Of a stretch of DNA of 64,000 bases, positions 1-11,324 are shown piece by piece. Source of the DNA: Octopus sinensis (Eukaryota). The translations under genes and the position numbers were made by a program. The stretch's first letter is position 1. Every line of letters starts with the position of its first letter. The stretch covers positions 137,454,001 to 137,518,000 of the forward strand of contig NC_042997.1 of NCBI RefSeq assembly GCF_006345805.1. The letters are read 5' to 3'. The notes beneath the pieces were generated by a model. That model had not been told where the DNA came from. It saw nothing but the letters and a program-made list of their open reading frames with translations, and searched no databases.

Positions 1-171
1 AAAAAGCACCCAGCACACTCTGTAAAGTTGTTAGCATTAGGAAGGGCATCCAGCTGTAGAAACCATGCCACAACAGACAATTTGAAGTCTGGGCAGCTCC
101 TTAGCTGGCCAGTTCCTGTCAAACCAGCCAACCCATGCCAGCATGGAAAATGGATGTTAAATGATGATGAT
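1..171 (+). mobile_element. RTE 3' terminal fragment with (GAT)n tail
   Basis: attaggaagggcatccagctgtagaaac...ccatgccagcatggaaa...gatgatgatg is homologous to 11810-11977. Confidence 0.8.
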
Positions 172-1171
172 GAAAACCAAGAGCAGTTTCAGACAGGTTG
201 GTATCAAAAGGGTTAACAGCAACAATGTTGGTCTATCTCTTAACAGGTAACCCATGGAAAGATTTCAAACTAATATAAAAAACATATGACAGCTATTATG
301 TTTGCATTAATTACAGAAGTGAGCTACAACTCACCAGGGAATCTACTGGAAAACAAAATAGGTGAATTTAAATAGTAAAGTGACTTTATTGGAGGCATAA
401 GTAATTTTTTTTACCTTAGAGAGAGTTGATTCTCTAATTTCTCAACTTGTTGAGTTTTATCTTCAAGTTGTTGCTGAAGAAATTAAATTAAAAATATATA
501 AACTTCAATAATAATTTTGAAAAAAATGAATTTTAACTAATTATTATTTTGTTATAAATTGGGGTGGATTTGAAACTTTGGACATTTGCATATAGATTGT
601 TGCATGGGATATCATCAATGCTATAATGGACTTAAAAGGAAGATGAAGCAAACCTTTGCTAAAACAGCACATTTTACTAAATTCTTTATTACTTCACATT
701 CTATCTTAAATATGTTTCCAACATGTTACCTGGAGTTAAAGTTTTCAATTTCTGGCATATTTATGAGTTGAAATCTTACCACAATCTTTATAGTGAGCAT
801 ATTCTGCTTCCTTTAGTCTACCTAACTAAGAACAGAGTCCACTCTTACATTGCAAGTGAATGACTAACATTTCAAATGTAAAACCATTTGATCCAATAAT
901 GTGTGTGTGTGTTGTGTGTGTATCTAAGTCATCTTTCCCTTTTTAAGCAAGTGGGTGTAATTTGAAGATCTGTTTTATTTCTAGTAGGTCAAGTAGCCAT
1001 TTAGTAGCCCCCACTCACTTGCTCACATTCATATATGAAAATCTGATGAACACATGATAGGACCAAATGAGAAAAATTGGTGCACGAGATCAAATCATAA
1101 AGAAAGTATATTTAAAACAATTGAAAAGAAAAAAAATAAATCCCAATAAAGGAATAAAATAATTGCTTCAC

Positions 1172-1258
1172 CTTTAATGTAGTAATGTGATCTTCAAGAG
1201 CTGCTTTCTGTCCAAAAACCTCATCTGCTAAAGCTTTGGCTGTTACGATATCACCTGC
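1172..1258 (-). CDS. EEA1: EEA1-like coiled-coil exon (AGDIVTAKALADEVFGQKAALEDHITTLK), phase 0-0; gene continues beyond position 1
   Basis: Acceptor ttattatttctttaacAG, donor GTGAAG at 1171, 87 nt, open frame in phase with the previous exon. Confidence 0.82.
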
Positions 1259-1374
1259 CTGTTAAAGAAATAATAAAGTATTTATAAAAATAATAATGGT
1301 GTTAGAAATATTAGTAAAATTAACTGTGCTTCCACCAATGGTGGTAGCTAAGTGAAATTGTAATTGTGGCCAGT

Positions 1375-1655
1375 GCCAGTGACACATAAAAGGCACCTGT
1401 GCTGGTGACACATGACAGGCACCCATGTTGGTGACACATGACAGGCACCTGTATTGGTGACATGTGAGAGGCACCTGTGCTGGTGACATGTGAGAGGCAC
1501 CCATGTGGGTGACATGTAAAGGGCATTTGTGTTGGTGATACATAAAAGACACCCAGTACACTCTGTGGAGTGGCTGGTATTAGGAAGGGCATCCAACTGT
1601 AGAAACCAAGCCAAAAAAGACTGGAGTCTGATGCAACTCTCTGGCTTACCAGATG
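1375..1655 (+). mobile_element. Diverged RTE 3' UTR fragment with a 26-bp tandem repeat (about 6 units, 1390-1546)
   Basis: aggcacctgtgctggtgacacatgac-like units followed by ggagtggctggtattaggaagggcatcc. Confidence 0.7.
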
Positions 1656-2204
1656 ATCAAGATGATCTTAATTATTTTTAATGCAAGCTGTGATTTGAGG
1701 GATTTCACAGTTATTTTTTGTAGGTTAAGCCACCATGTAGAAGGGCTCCTTTGTTGGTTTGAGATGATGAAGATGGCAATGATGATTGTGACAATAACAT
1801 ATGAAAGCTGCAGCTAATGATAAATATTGTTATATGATGGTAACAATAGTGATTGTTTAATACTTCCAGAGATGCTCTGCCTGGAATGACAAAGTCACCA
1901 GTGCCTATCCAGACTAAAATTATAAAATATTAATGATTAAATATAAAATGTAAATAACTTCCAATTCCTTATGGAAATATATCTGTAATTCAGTAAAAGG
2001 CTACTATTTTGATGTTAAGTACAATTTGTGTGTGTGTGTGTGTATGCATATGTGTGTATGCAAATGCAAATGTATAAAAAAATACAAGTTTATTTATCAT
2101 ACAATACTGTATGCTTACATGCACACCCTTATGTGAGCTTACATGCACACATAGAGGCAAATCAGTTGGCTTAGCTTTAATTTATTCCTATAGATGTATA
2201 TATA

Positions 2205-3233
2205 GCAAAAACACTGAAAATGTGCAGAAAACAGTTTCCGTCACATTCCAGGGGAAAAAACTAAAAGTAGTTGATAGTTTCCGTTACCTAGGTGTCCAAG
2301 ACGATAGCAGTGGTTGATGCTCTGAGAGTGTAACTGCTAGAATAATAATAGCCTGGGCAAAGTTCAGAGAGCTGCTACCTCTGCTGGTGACAAAGGGCCT
2401 CCCACTCAGAGTAAATGGTAGACTATGATGCATGTGTGTGAACAGCCATGCTACATGGCAGTGAAACATGGGCTGTGACTGCTGAGGACACGCGTAAGCT
2501 TCCAAGGAATGAAGCTAGTATGCTCTGCTGGATGTGTAATGTCAGTGTGCATACACGACAGAGTGTAAGCACCCTGAGAGAAAAGTGGGATATAAAAAGC
2601 ATTAGATGTGGTGTGCAAGAGAGATGACTGTGCTGGTATGGTCATGTGTTGTGTATGGATGAAGACAGCTGTGTCACACCCTAGCAGTAGAGGGAACCTG
2701 TGGAAGAGGTAGACCCAGGGAGACCTGGGATGAGGTGGTGAAGCATGACCGAATGTTGGGCCTCATGGAGGTGATGGCAAGTGACCGAGACCTTTGGAGA
2801 TATGCTGTGCTTGAGAAGATCCAGCAAGCCAAGTGAGACTGTAACCATGGCCTATGCCAGTGCATCATAACCAGCCCATTAAAGAGTACCCTTTAATCAT
2901 TGGGCAATAAACTGTGCTTGTGAAGACTTGTTGAGGCAAGTGAAGTTGTTGGGGGTGATGCCAGTGCTGCCTGATTGGCACTTGTGCTGGTGGCACGTAA
3001 AAAGCACCATTCGAACATGGTCAATGCCAGTGCTGCTTGACTGGCCCTCATGCCTGTGGCACGTAAAAATTACCCACTACACTCTCGGAGTGGTTGGCGT
3101 TAGGAAGGGCATCCAGCTGTAGAAACTTTGCCAGATCAGATTGGAGTCCTGTGCAGCCTTCTGGCTTGCCAGCCCCTAGTCAAACTGTCCAACCCATGCC
3201 AGCATGGAAAGCAGACCTTAAACGACGAAGATG
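2205..3233 (+). mobile_element. 5'-truncated, disrupted RTE copy (ORF C-terminus plus 3' tail)
   Basis: KTVSVTFQGKKLKVVDSFRYLG and later sequence are homologous to 10650-11277, with stops and indels; the terminal tail ends at ~3233. Confidence 0.9.
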
Positions 3234-3236
3234 ATA

Positions 3237-3469
3237 CAGGGTTGGCCAAAAGTCACCTGACAGTAAATCAAAACCATTTAATTCCAAGATTTATTTATTT
3301 TTAACAACTGAATGAATTTAATAAAAGCATCTAAATATGAAATATCAAGAAAATTGTTCAAACTGAAATCCTTTTTGAGCGATACATTTTTCCATTTGAG
3401 TCAGTACAGAATTACAGCTAATGTTTATGGAATTTTGGTTTACTGTCGGGTGACTTTTGGCCAACCCTG
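3237..3469. mobile_element. Tc1/mariner-type MITE
   Basis: 31-bp TIRs CAGGGTTGGCCAAAAGTCACCTGACAGTAAA / TTTACTGTCGGGTGACTTTTGGCCAACCCTG (1 mismatch); TA on the left flank, TG on the right. Confidence 0.85.
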
Positions 3470-3678
3470 TGTAAGTTAATATTTTTTGCTGTCAATATAT
3501 TTTTGCATATTATTTCATAGTAATGAAACCTTTTATAAACAGTTTATTTTATTAATGCCTATTGCCTACTAAGAGTACTTAGTCGAAGTATGTGTGTGGA
3601 TGATACAACTGAACATCAACATTGGCTGTCACATTTATACTGCGTCTCAGTAGTACCGATAAGTCATTAGTATATATT

Positions 3679-3890
3679 GGTTTCAAATTTTAGCACAAGG
3701 CCAGCAATTTTGGGGGCAGGGTAAGTTGATTACATTGATTCCAGTGCTCCACTGGTATTCACTTTATCAACCCCGAAAGGATGCAAAGCAAAGTTGACCT
3801 GGGTGGAATTTGAACTCAGAATATAAAGACGGATAGAATGTCACTATGCCTTTTGTCTGGTATGCTAATGATTCTGCTAGCTTTCTGCCT
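3679..3890 (-). mobile_element. tRNA-derived SINE, family 1
   Basis: Homologous to the copies at 20238-20446 and 39904-40103 (gagctggcagaatcattagc...gagttcaaattcc...ggccttgtgccaaa). Confidence 0.75.
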
Positions 3891-3937
3891 TAAGCCATTA
3901 TTATATATTAAAATTCAAATTGCAAATAATAACTTAC

Positions 3938-4044
3938 CAGCTTTGCTGCCTTTTGTTCAACACCTGCTTTTATTTGGTTAACTTCTTCAAGTTGTTTTTT
4001 GGTTTCAGTTAACTCTGAGGCCATAGCGCGCAATTCTTTAGCAC
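3938..4044 (-). CDS. EEA1: EEA1-like coiled-coil exon ((S)AKELRAMASELTETKKQLEEVNQIKAGVEQKAAKL), phase 1-0
   Basis: Acceptor tttttctgttctgccaacAG, donor GTAAGT at 3937, 107 nt. EQKAAKL resembles the recalled EEA1 EQKAAQL. Confidence 0.88.
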
Positions 4045-4338
4045 CTGTTGGCAGAACAGAAAAAGTATTAAGAACAATAGAGAAAAACAAACATGAAACT
4101 GTAAGCCCCTGCTGAAATGCTGAACAAATGTTCTTGCAGAAATTGAATAATTTCCCACTAGACATCTGTTAAAAGCTAAACTGGGATTTATGAATAGATA
4201 AATAAATTTTCCTTTTCTTCTTCTTTCCAGGTACGTTCTTCATGAAAACTTAGATACTCACTTAAAAGTTACCACTCACTAAACATTACCACTTTTAAAT
4301 ACAATTGCATGTTAAATTGCCAATTTCTAAATACTTAC

Positions 4339-4402
4339 TGACATTTTGATTTTCTTCAAAAGATTTCATCTGAACTCGGTAAAATTCAAATTCTTCTCGC
4401 TC
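4339..4402 (-). CDS. EEA1: EEA1-like exon (EREEFEFYRVQMKSFEENQNV), phase 0-1
   Basis: Acceptor tttttgctgtccaacAG, donor GTAAGT at 4338, 64 nt. Phases match both neighbouring exons. Confidence 0.8.
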
Positions 4403-4924
4403 CTGTTGGACAGCAAAAACACAGTTAATAGCATTTCAGTTTAACTAAACATTTCTCTTTGTGACATATTCTTTTTACAAGCACACATGTATAAATTTAG
4501 AAAGGTATTGAAATTGAAAGTATGTTATTCATGTAAATTTGAAGATTATTTCTGACATAAGTGAAGTGAAATGGATATAGACGAGGATGGAAATGAAGTT
4601 GTGCAATTAATCCTCATGCACTCACAATACTTTAGAATGATACAACAACTTAGATTGCCATTTATAACAAAACTAAACAGACATGGAACAAGTAAACAAA
4701 CTAAAATAGAAGTCAAACCTTGAAAATGAACCCCTTATATTTGCTCTGTTGTCTAATATGTTACCAGTTCAAAAAAATTTCATGAAACTTATGACCATCT
4801 CTGCAATACAAGTACATTCTTACAGAGATACACATGTACAACTATATTTCCTTCTCCTTATGTAGAGGTATTGTTACAAATCAACAAGGCTGTTCACCAT
4901 GACTGTGTCCTTTTATTTATACAA

Positions 4925-5357
4925 TGTATCTTATCATGAGGTTTTGCTATCATGAGGCATTGAGAAGGACCGAGAGAGTAATGGTGAGAGAAATATGTGG
5001 AGTGAAACTGTTTGATAAGAGAAAGACTGAAGACTTGATGGGGATGTTGGGATTGGAGGAATCGGCTGGCAAGGGCGAATGGAGTGTGGTGGTATGGGCA
5101 TGTGTTGAGGATGGATGAGGAGCATGTTCTGAGGAGGGTGCTTGAGTTTGAGGTAAATGGACCAAGAGAGCAAGGCTGACCAAGGAAAACATGGAGAAGA
5201 CAGGTGGAAGAGGAGATTGGGAGGGTTGGCTTGAGAAGGGAGGTTGCCCGAAAGATGGCGAGATGGTGTGAGGGCGGTTGCTATGGCATTGAGGTAGATC
5301 TGGCCACCTCTGTTAACGGGGACAAAACCCGGATTTAAAATACTGGATGATGATGAT
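4925..5357 (+). mobile_element. Decayed 3' fragment of a second RTE subfamily
   Basis: LRRTERVMVREICGVKLFD, WYGHVLR-like and GQPRKTW remnants; ends in gatgatgat. Confidence 0.75.
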
Positions 5358-5810
5358 CTTAAAGCTAGCCTTTATCCAGGCCAAACTCTTCAATCCCTTC
5401 TCCTCCTCCTCTCTCTCTCCAGGGATATAGCTCAATCCTTGGAAACCTGCTGCAGAACATCCCATTCTTAAGAAGGACAGCCCTTCTGATCCTATCTACT
5501 TCTTCCAACATCTCAAAAGTGATGGGGTCAGCACAAATAACAATAACAATACCTGGAATCTCTTTCCCTTCTTAATAGACATTATCAGTACAGAATTTGT
5601 AAAACCAAATCTATTGGATATCTACTCATCTGAGTTACTCACCAGTGATCACTTACACAAGAGAAATTTGGTGAAAACAACACAAGTACATACACAACAG
5701 AACATACACATGCAACATAACATACACAACCCAAGCACACATACACTAAAACTTAGAAATATGTTTAGAAGTGAACATTGCTCTGTTACAAACAATGCAA
5801 TAGCATTTAC

Positions 5811-5931
5811 CTTCTTTGTGAAAGGTATTGCACCATCAGTTCCCTCCTGGTATTTCTCAAGTTCTTTCTTTAGCTCAGTAACATACCATTGCTCATCTTT
5901 TAGCTGTTTCTTTAGTTCTTCCATCTGTGAT
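5811..5931 (-). CDS. EEA1: EEA1-like exon, start of coiled coil ((K)SQMEELKKQLKDEQWYVTELKKELEKYQEGTDGAIPFTKK), phase 2-0
   Basis: Acceptor ctctccctcAG, donor GTAAAT at 5810. LKDEQWYVTELKKELEKYQ resembles the recalled EEA1 LKEEKWYSEELKKELEKYQ. Confidence 0.9.
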
Positions 5932-6702
5932 CTGAGGGAGAGATTAATATCTTATTTTTAAACAAAATGTCTTTCTTCTCGTGAAAAGGAGAGTATAGTC
6001 TATAGAATAGGCTCTAATATAATACTAGCATTTCTTTCTTCATTTCTGTTCAGAAAGTAGAAATAAAATTGACTTCATCTTTTATTGCAGCCACATAAAT
6101 TGTTTTTGGACAAGATACATAATTCTTTAAACATCTAGTGCATCTAGCAGACAGTTAATACAAGGAATAACATTTTTTCTTCATAATATTTGGCAAGATA
6201 AGAAGTTTGAATCAGAAATTAAGGAACAAAGAAGAAGAAGAAGCATGAAATATACATATTTAACCTTCCTTTTGTTGCCTACTTATTATGAAGTTCTTAA
6301 AAATTTCTAGTCAGTGGAAATCATGTATAACGTATTTCATTCTTTTTAAAACTCATCAGCATGACATAACCCAGGGTAAATTAATTAAGCATCTTATGAA
6401 AATTGAGACATTTCTTAAAAAGAAAATAATTGCAGCCTAGAAGAAATTATTTGTCTCAGCTTACTGCAATGAGAAATAGATAACAAATCTTTACAGAAGT
6501 TAACAAGCAGTAAAACTAGAAAACTATCCCTCAACAAATGATGGGTCAACTCAAACAAAGAACTTGAACTTAAACATACTAAGATATCATAAAACACAAC
6601 CCAGTTCTATCTGCACCAATAAAAGTACTGAAAAAAATATTTCTCTCAAAAAAGTTAAGGTATTGCTCATATCCTGGAAAAGCATTCTTTTACTAAAAAG
6701 TG

Positions 6703-7968
6703 ATATTATCGACACTTTCGTCTTGTCCCACTATGCCAGTCAAAACCCATCGCACAGCTTCCACACATGTGTTCCTTGACCATTTCTTCCCCCCCCTCCC
6801 CAAACTAACCCTGTCCCTCTCCCTATGTCTTCTATATGCCCCCGTCTTCGATAACCACCATCGCCATATATAAACCAGCGACCGCAAATCGCTAAGCCCA
6901 CTCGCTTTCAACTCCACTATGAATGCACAGCTCATGAACGGCTAAAAGTTAAAATTTCTTCTTTCAACCTCGCTTCCTACTACCCACTGCACGTATAATC
7001 ACTATTCCTTCAGTTCCTTCAATTTCTCTCTCATATTTTCCTTCAAATTGACTTCTCTGATACTTTCAAACCTACTTTCTTGCTATCACGATTTTTCAGT
7101 ACCCTCTATTCATATTTTCTTTCAGTTTTCAACATACCATTCATGTAATGTTTTTCGTTTAGCCTTGTCTCGTCTCCCTATTTGCTCCCGTTTCATAGCC
7201 ACTCATCGTCTCCCCTAAAAATTGACTTCTCTGATACTTTCAAACCTACTTTCTTGCTATCACGATTAACAGAATCCTCTTGCTAGTTTGGGGTCCAGTT
7301 AAGACTTCCTTGACGAACTCAGATTTTAGATTTTACCTCTTTCTCTCCAAGCCTATCTTAATATCAAATAATAAATATTATCGACACTTTCGTCTTGTCC
7401 CACTATGCCAGTCAAAACCCATCGCACAGCTTCCACACATGTGTTCCTTGACCATTTATTCCCCCCCTCCTCCCCAAACTAACCCTGTCCCTCTCCCTAT
7501 GTCTTCTATATGCCCCCGTCTTCGATAACCACCATCGCCATATATAAACCAGCGACCGCAAATCGCTAAGCCCACTCGCTTTCAACTCCACTACGAATGC
7601 ACAGCTCATGAACGGCTAAAAGTTAAGATTTCTTCTTTCAACCTCGCTTCCTACTACCCACTGCACGTATAATCACTATTCCTTCAGTTCCTTCAATTTC
7701 TCTCTCATATTTTCCTTCAAATTGACTTCTCTGATACTTTCAAACCTACTTTCTTGCTATCACGATTTTTCAGTACCCTCTATTCATATTTTCTTTCAGT
7801 TTTCAACATACCATTCATGTAATGTTTTTCGTTTAGCCTTGTCTCGTCTCCCTATTTGCTCCCGTTTCATAGCCACTCATCGTCTCCCCTAAAAATTGAC
7901 TTCTCTGATACTTTCAAACCTACTTTCTTGCTATCACGATTAACAGAATCCTCTTGCTAGTTTGGGGT
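6703..7968 (+). repeat. Near-identical tandem duplication: 6703-7294 and 7375-7968 (~592 bp each, 80-bp spacer); each unit holds an internal 49-bp direct repeat
   Basis: Both units run atattatcgacactttcg...cctcttgctagtttggggt. The internal repeat aaattgacttctctgatactttcaaacctactttcttgctatcacgatt is at 7045 and 7219 in unit 1. Confidence 0.93.
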
Positions 7969-8169
7969 TGACCCGCCCACCCACCCCCTCCACACATGCA
8001 GGAAGTTCCTATTCTTTTCATCCCTGGGTTGCTTCCCTTGAAGACTGCAAATGCTCTTTCACCATCCCTACTTCTAGTTTCGACCTAGGTAAGGTAATGA
8101 TCATACAGTGCAAAATATGAATGGGTAGTGTTATGCAGGTTGAATTGAAGGCTACTGTATTACTTGCTC

Positions 8170-11100
8170 ATGAATTCTGCCAAATGCGAGCTTTCTTTTC
8201 AGGTACATGAAGCTACTGTCCACCGACGCAGGGTCTCTAGGGCCCATACCTCCCACACCCTCAACGTTGGCACACTGAAAGGTAGGTCTGGCGAGATAGT
8301 TGAGATGCTTGAACGGAGACGTGTGGATATGTGTTGTATGCAAGAAGTAAGGTGGAGAGGAGGTTCTGCTAGGTTCCTCACAGGCAAGGAACACAGGTAC
8401 AAGATTTTCTGGGCAGGGAACACTGACAGGGTTGGAGGCGTGGGCATACTTATCGCTGAGAAATGGGTAGATAAAGTAATTGAGGTAATCAGAGTATGCG
8501 ACAGAATACTTAAGATTAGATTAGCGCTTCATCATAGTTTAGCAACCATTATATCAGCCTATGCTCCTCAGTCGGGGCTACCTGATGGACAGAAAGACCG
8601 ATTCTATGACACTCTACTGCAGACTACCTCGTTGACGAACGACAGAGACCTTCTCTTTGTGGCTGGTGACTTCAATGGTCACGTTGGACGACATGCTGGG
8701 GGCTTCCACGGCGTACATGGAGGCTATGGCTCTGGTTCCCGCAACGAGGAGGGAACCAGGCTGCTGGAGTTCTGCGATGCAAATAATCTTATGATTTGCA
8801 ACACTAACTTCAGGAAACCTACCAGCCACCTAGTCACCTACCGATCGGGCCAACATACCAGCCAAATTGACTACATCCTTGCCAGGCAAAGGGAGAGATG
8901 GCTACTTATAAATGCCAAAACCTTCCCAGGCGAAGAATGCACCCCACAACATAGACTGGTAGTTAGTGACTTTAGGATCAGGAGTAGGAGGACAACCAGA
9001 AGACGACCAACATGGAGAAGAAGGATCTGGAAGCTTAAGGATCCTGTGAATGGACAGAGATTTAGAGACATGTTACTTGAAGCCTTTGACGAAGTAGAAG
9101 GGGATAGTGTATCACATGGGGTAGAGGACAACTGGACGTTTCTAAGGGACAACCTGCTGAGAGCCACTGACCAGATCTGTGGCTGGTGCAAAGTCCCCTC
9201 TCGTCCCAAGGTAACGTGGTGGTGGAACAGTGTCGTAGACAGGGCTATTAGAGAAAAGAGACAGACTTGGAAGCACTGGAAGAATGGTGGTAGCAGGGAA
9301 TTGTATCAGACTGCTAAAAGGGAAGCTAGGAGACAGGTCTATCTAGCCAGAGGGGAAGCAGATAAGAAAAAATTTGCCAATGTTCTGCGCCGTGAGGACC
9401 AAAGACTGGAGGTGTTTCGCGTTGCAAGACAGTGTGTGAGAGAGAATTGTGATGTGGTGGGAGAGAAGTGTGTTCGCATGGAAGATGGTTCACTTGCGCT
9501 AAACGAGGATGCAAAGAGAGAGGCTTGGAGACGCCACTATGAAAGGTTGCTGAATAAAGAAAATGAATGGGATAAAGAGAGTCTGCCGAACGTTGACCCA
9601 ACAGAGGGACCAGCTATCAGGGTTGATAGTTCCTTAGTAGCTAAGGCAATTAGAAGCATGAAGACAGGGAAAGCCCCAGGCCCATCAGGTATCACTGCAG
9701 AGATGCTCAAAATATCTGGTAGTGTCGGCTATAGCCTAGTCACCTGTATAGTTAATCAGGTGATACATGAAGGAGTCATACCCAATGACTGGTGTAGCAG
9801 CATAATAGTCAACTGCTACAAAGGTAAAGGTGATGCCCTAGATACAAATAATTACAGAGGTATCAAGCTGTTGGATCAGGTGATGAAGGTTACAGAGAGG
9901 GTCATAAGCCAACTAATTAGAGAGAGAGTTAGTTTAGATGAGATGCAGTTTGGTTTCGTGCCAGGGAAAAGTACCACTGATGCTATATTCCTGGTAAGGC
10001 AGCTGCAGGAGAAATACCTAGCCAAAGATAAGGCCCTGTACCTGGCTTTTGTTGACATGGAGAAAGCCTTCGACAGGGTCCCCCGATCCCTCATATGGTG
10101 GTCAATGAGGAAACTAGGAATAGAAGAATGGTTAGTGAGAGCTGTGCAAGCCATGTACAGGGACGCTGCTAGTAAGGTGAGGGTTGGAAATGAGTACAGT
10201 GAAGAATTCCGGGTAGAGGTAGGGGTCCACCAAGGCTCAGTCCTCAGCCCCCTCCTATTTATCATAGTCCTCCAGGCAATAACGGAGGAATTCAAGACAG
10301 GATGCCCCTGGGAGCTCCTCTATGCTGATGACCTTGCTCTAATTGCTGAGTCATTATCAGAACTGGAGAAGAAGTTTCAGGTGTGGAAGCATGGTTTAGA
10401 ATCGAAGGGCCTTAGAGTCAACCTAGCTAAAACCAAAGTCCTAATAAGTAGGAAGGTAGACAAATCACAAACGCCTTCAGGTAGATGGCCCTGCTCGATC
10501 TGTAGAAAAGGTGTAGGTAGAAACTCTATAAGATGCACCAAGTGTAAGCTATGGACACATAAGAGGTGCAGCAATGTCATAGGAAGGCTAACTAGGAAGA
10601 TGGTTTTTGTATGTGGCAGATGCTCGGGAGCATTAACCTCTGAAAATCTGCAGAAAACAACTTCCGTCACTTTCCAGGGGGAAAAACTAGAAGTAGTTGA
10701 TAGCTTCCGTTATCTTGGTGACCAAGTCAGTAGTGGGGGTGGGTGTGCTGAAAGTGTAACGGCTAGAGTAAGAATAGCCTGGGCAAAGTTTAGGGAGCTC
10801 TTACCTCTGTTGGTGACTAAAGGCCTCTCGCTCAGAGTAAAAGGCAGACTGTATGATGCATGTGTACGAACAGCCATGCTACATGGCAGTGAAACATGGG
10901 CCGTGACTGCTGAGGACATGCGTAAGCTCGCGAGAAATGAAGCTAGTATGCTCCGTTGGATGTGTAATGTCAGTGTTCATAGTCGACAGAGTGTAAGTAC
11001 CTTGAGAGAAAAGTTGGACCTAAGAGGAATCAGATGTTGTGTGCAAGAGAGACGATTGCGCTGGTATGGTCATGTGGTGAGAATGGATGAAGATAGGTGT

Positions 11101-11277
11101 GTGAAAAAGTGCCACACCCTGGCAGTTGAGGGGACCTGTGGAAGAGGTAGACCCAGGAAAACCTGGGTCGAGGTGGTGAAGCACGACCTTCGAACTCTAG
11201 GTCTCACCAAGGAAATGACCAGAGATCGAGACCTATGGAAGTATGCTGTGCGTGAGAAGACCCGGCAAGACCAGTGA
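8170..11277 (+). CDS. RTE-clade LINE polyprotein (AP endonuclease, reverse transcriptase, C4HC3 PHD-like finger); uninterrupted 1035 aa from the ATG at 8170
   Basis: APE motifs TLNVGTL, QEVRW, AGDFNGHVG, SQIDYIL. RT motifs NYRGIKLL, FVDMEKAFDRV, GVHQGSVLSPLLF, YADD (10321-10332). RTE-type C-terminus LHGSETWAV...ERRLRWYGHV...RGRPRKTW. No stop or frameshift. Confidence 0.95.
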   Translation: MNSAKCELSFQVHEATVHRRRVSRAHTSHTLNVGTLKGRSGEIVEMLERRRVDMCCMQEVRWRGGSARFLTGKEHRYKIFWAGNTDRVGGVGILIAEKWVDKVIEVIRVCDRILKIRLALHHSLATIISAYAPQSGLPDGQKDRFYDTLLQTTSLTNDRDLLFVAGDFNGHVGRHAGGFHGVHGGYGSGSRNEEGTRLLEFCDANNLMICNTNFRKPTSHLVTYRSGQHTSQIDYILARQRERWLLINAKTFPGEECTPQHRLVVSDFRIRSRRTTRRRPTWRRRIWKLKDPVNGQRFRDMLLEAFDEVEGDSVSHGVEDNWTFLRDNLLRATDQICGWCKVPSRPKVTWWWNSVVDRAIREKRQTWKHWKNGGSRELYQTAKREARRQVYLARGEADKKKFANVLRREDQRLEVFRVARQCVRENCDVVGEKCVRMEDGSLALNEDAKREAWRRHYERLLNKENEWDKESLPNVDPTEGPAIRVDSSLVAKAIRSMKTGKAPGPSGITAEMLKISGSVGYSLVTCIVNQVIHEGVIPNDWCSSIIVNCYKGKGDALDTNNYRGIKLLDQVMKVTERVISQLIRERVSLDEMQFGFVPGKSTTDAIFLVRQLQEKYLAKDKALYLAFVDMEKAFDRVPRSLIWWSMRKLGIEEWLVRAVQAMYRDAASKVRVGNEYSEEFRVEVGVHQGSVLSPLLFIIVLQAITEEFKTGCPWELLYADDLALIAESLSELEKKFQVWKHGLESKGLRVNLAKTKVLISRKVDKSQTPSGRWPCSICRKGVGRNSIRCTKCKLWTHKRCSNVIGRLTRKMVFVCGRCSGALTSENLQKTTSVTFQGEKLEVVDSFRYLGDQVSSGGGCAESVTARVRIAWAKFRELLPLLVTKGLSLRVKGRLYDACVRTAMLHGSETWAVTAEDMRKLARNEASMLRWMCNVSVHSRQSVSTLREKLDLRGIRCCVQERRLRWYGHVVRMDEDRCVKKCHTLAVEGTCGRGRPRKTWVEVVKHDLRTLGLTKEMTRDRDLWKYAVREKTRQDQ

Positions 11278-11324
11278 GAACAATCAAAATCAAATCATAT
11301 ATCAGAAAGCAGGGGTTAAGTGAC

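Noticed and set aside
5925-5927. Alternative phase-0 acceptor (cacAG|ATG) joining ZF1 directly to the coiled-coil exon
   Set aside because: Not needed once the ZF2 exon supplies the 0-to-2 phase, and the upstream AG has the better pyrimidine tract. It could at most be a minor isoform.
5614-5961. Plus-strand 115-aa ORF, and similarly 30503-30754
   Set aside because: Antisense shadows of EEA1 exons plus low-complexity intron sequence.
8199-10919. Several antisense ORFs within the RTE
   Set aside because: Shadow frames of the long sense ORF, with no independent motifs.
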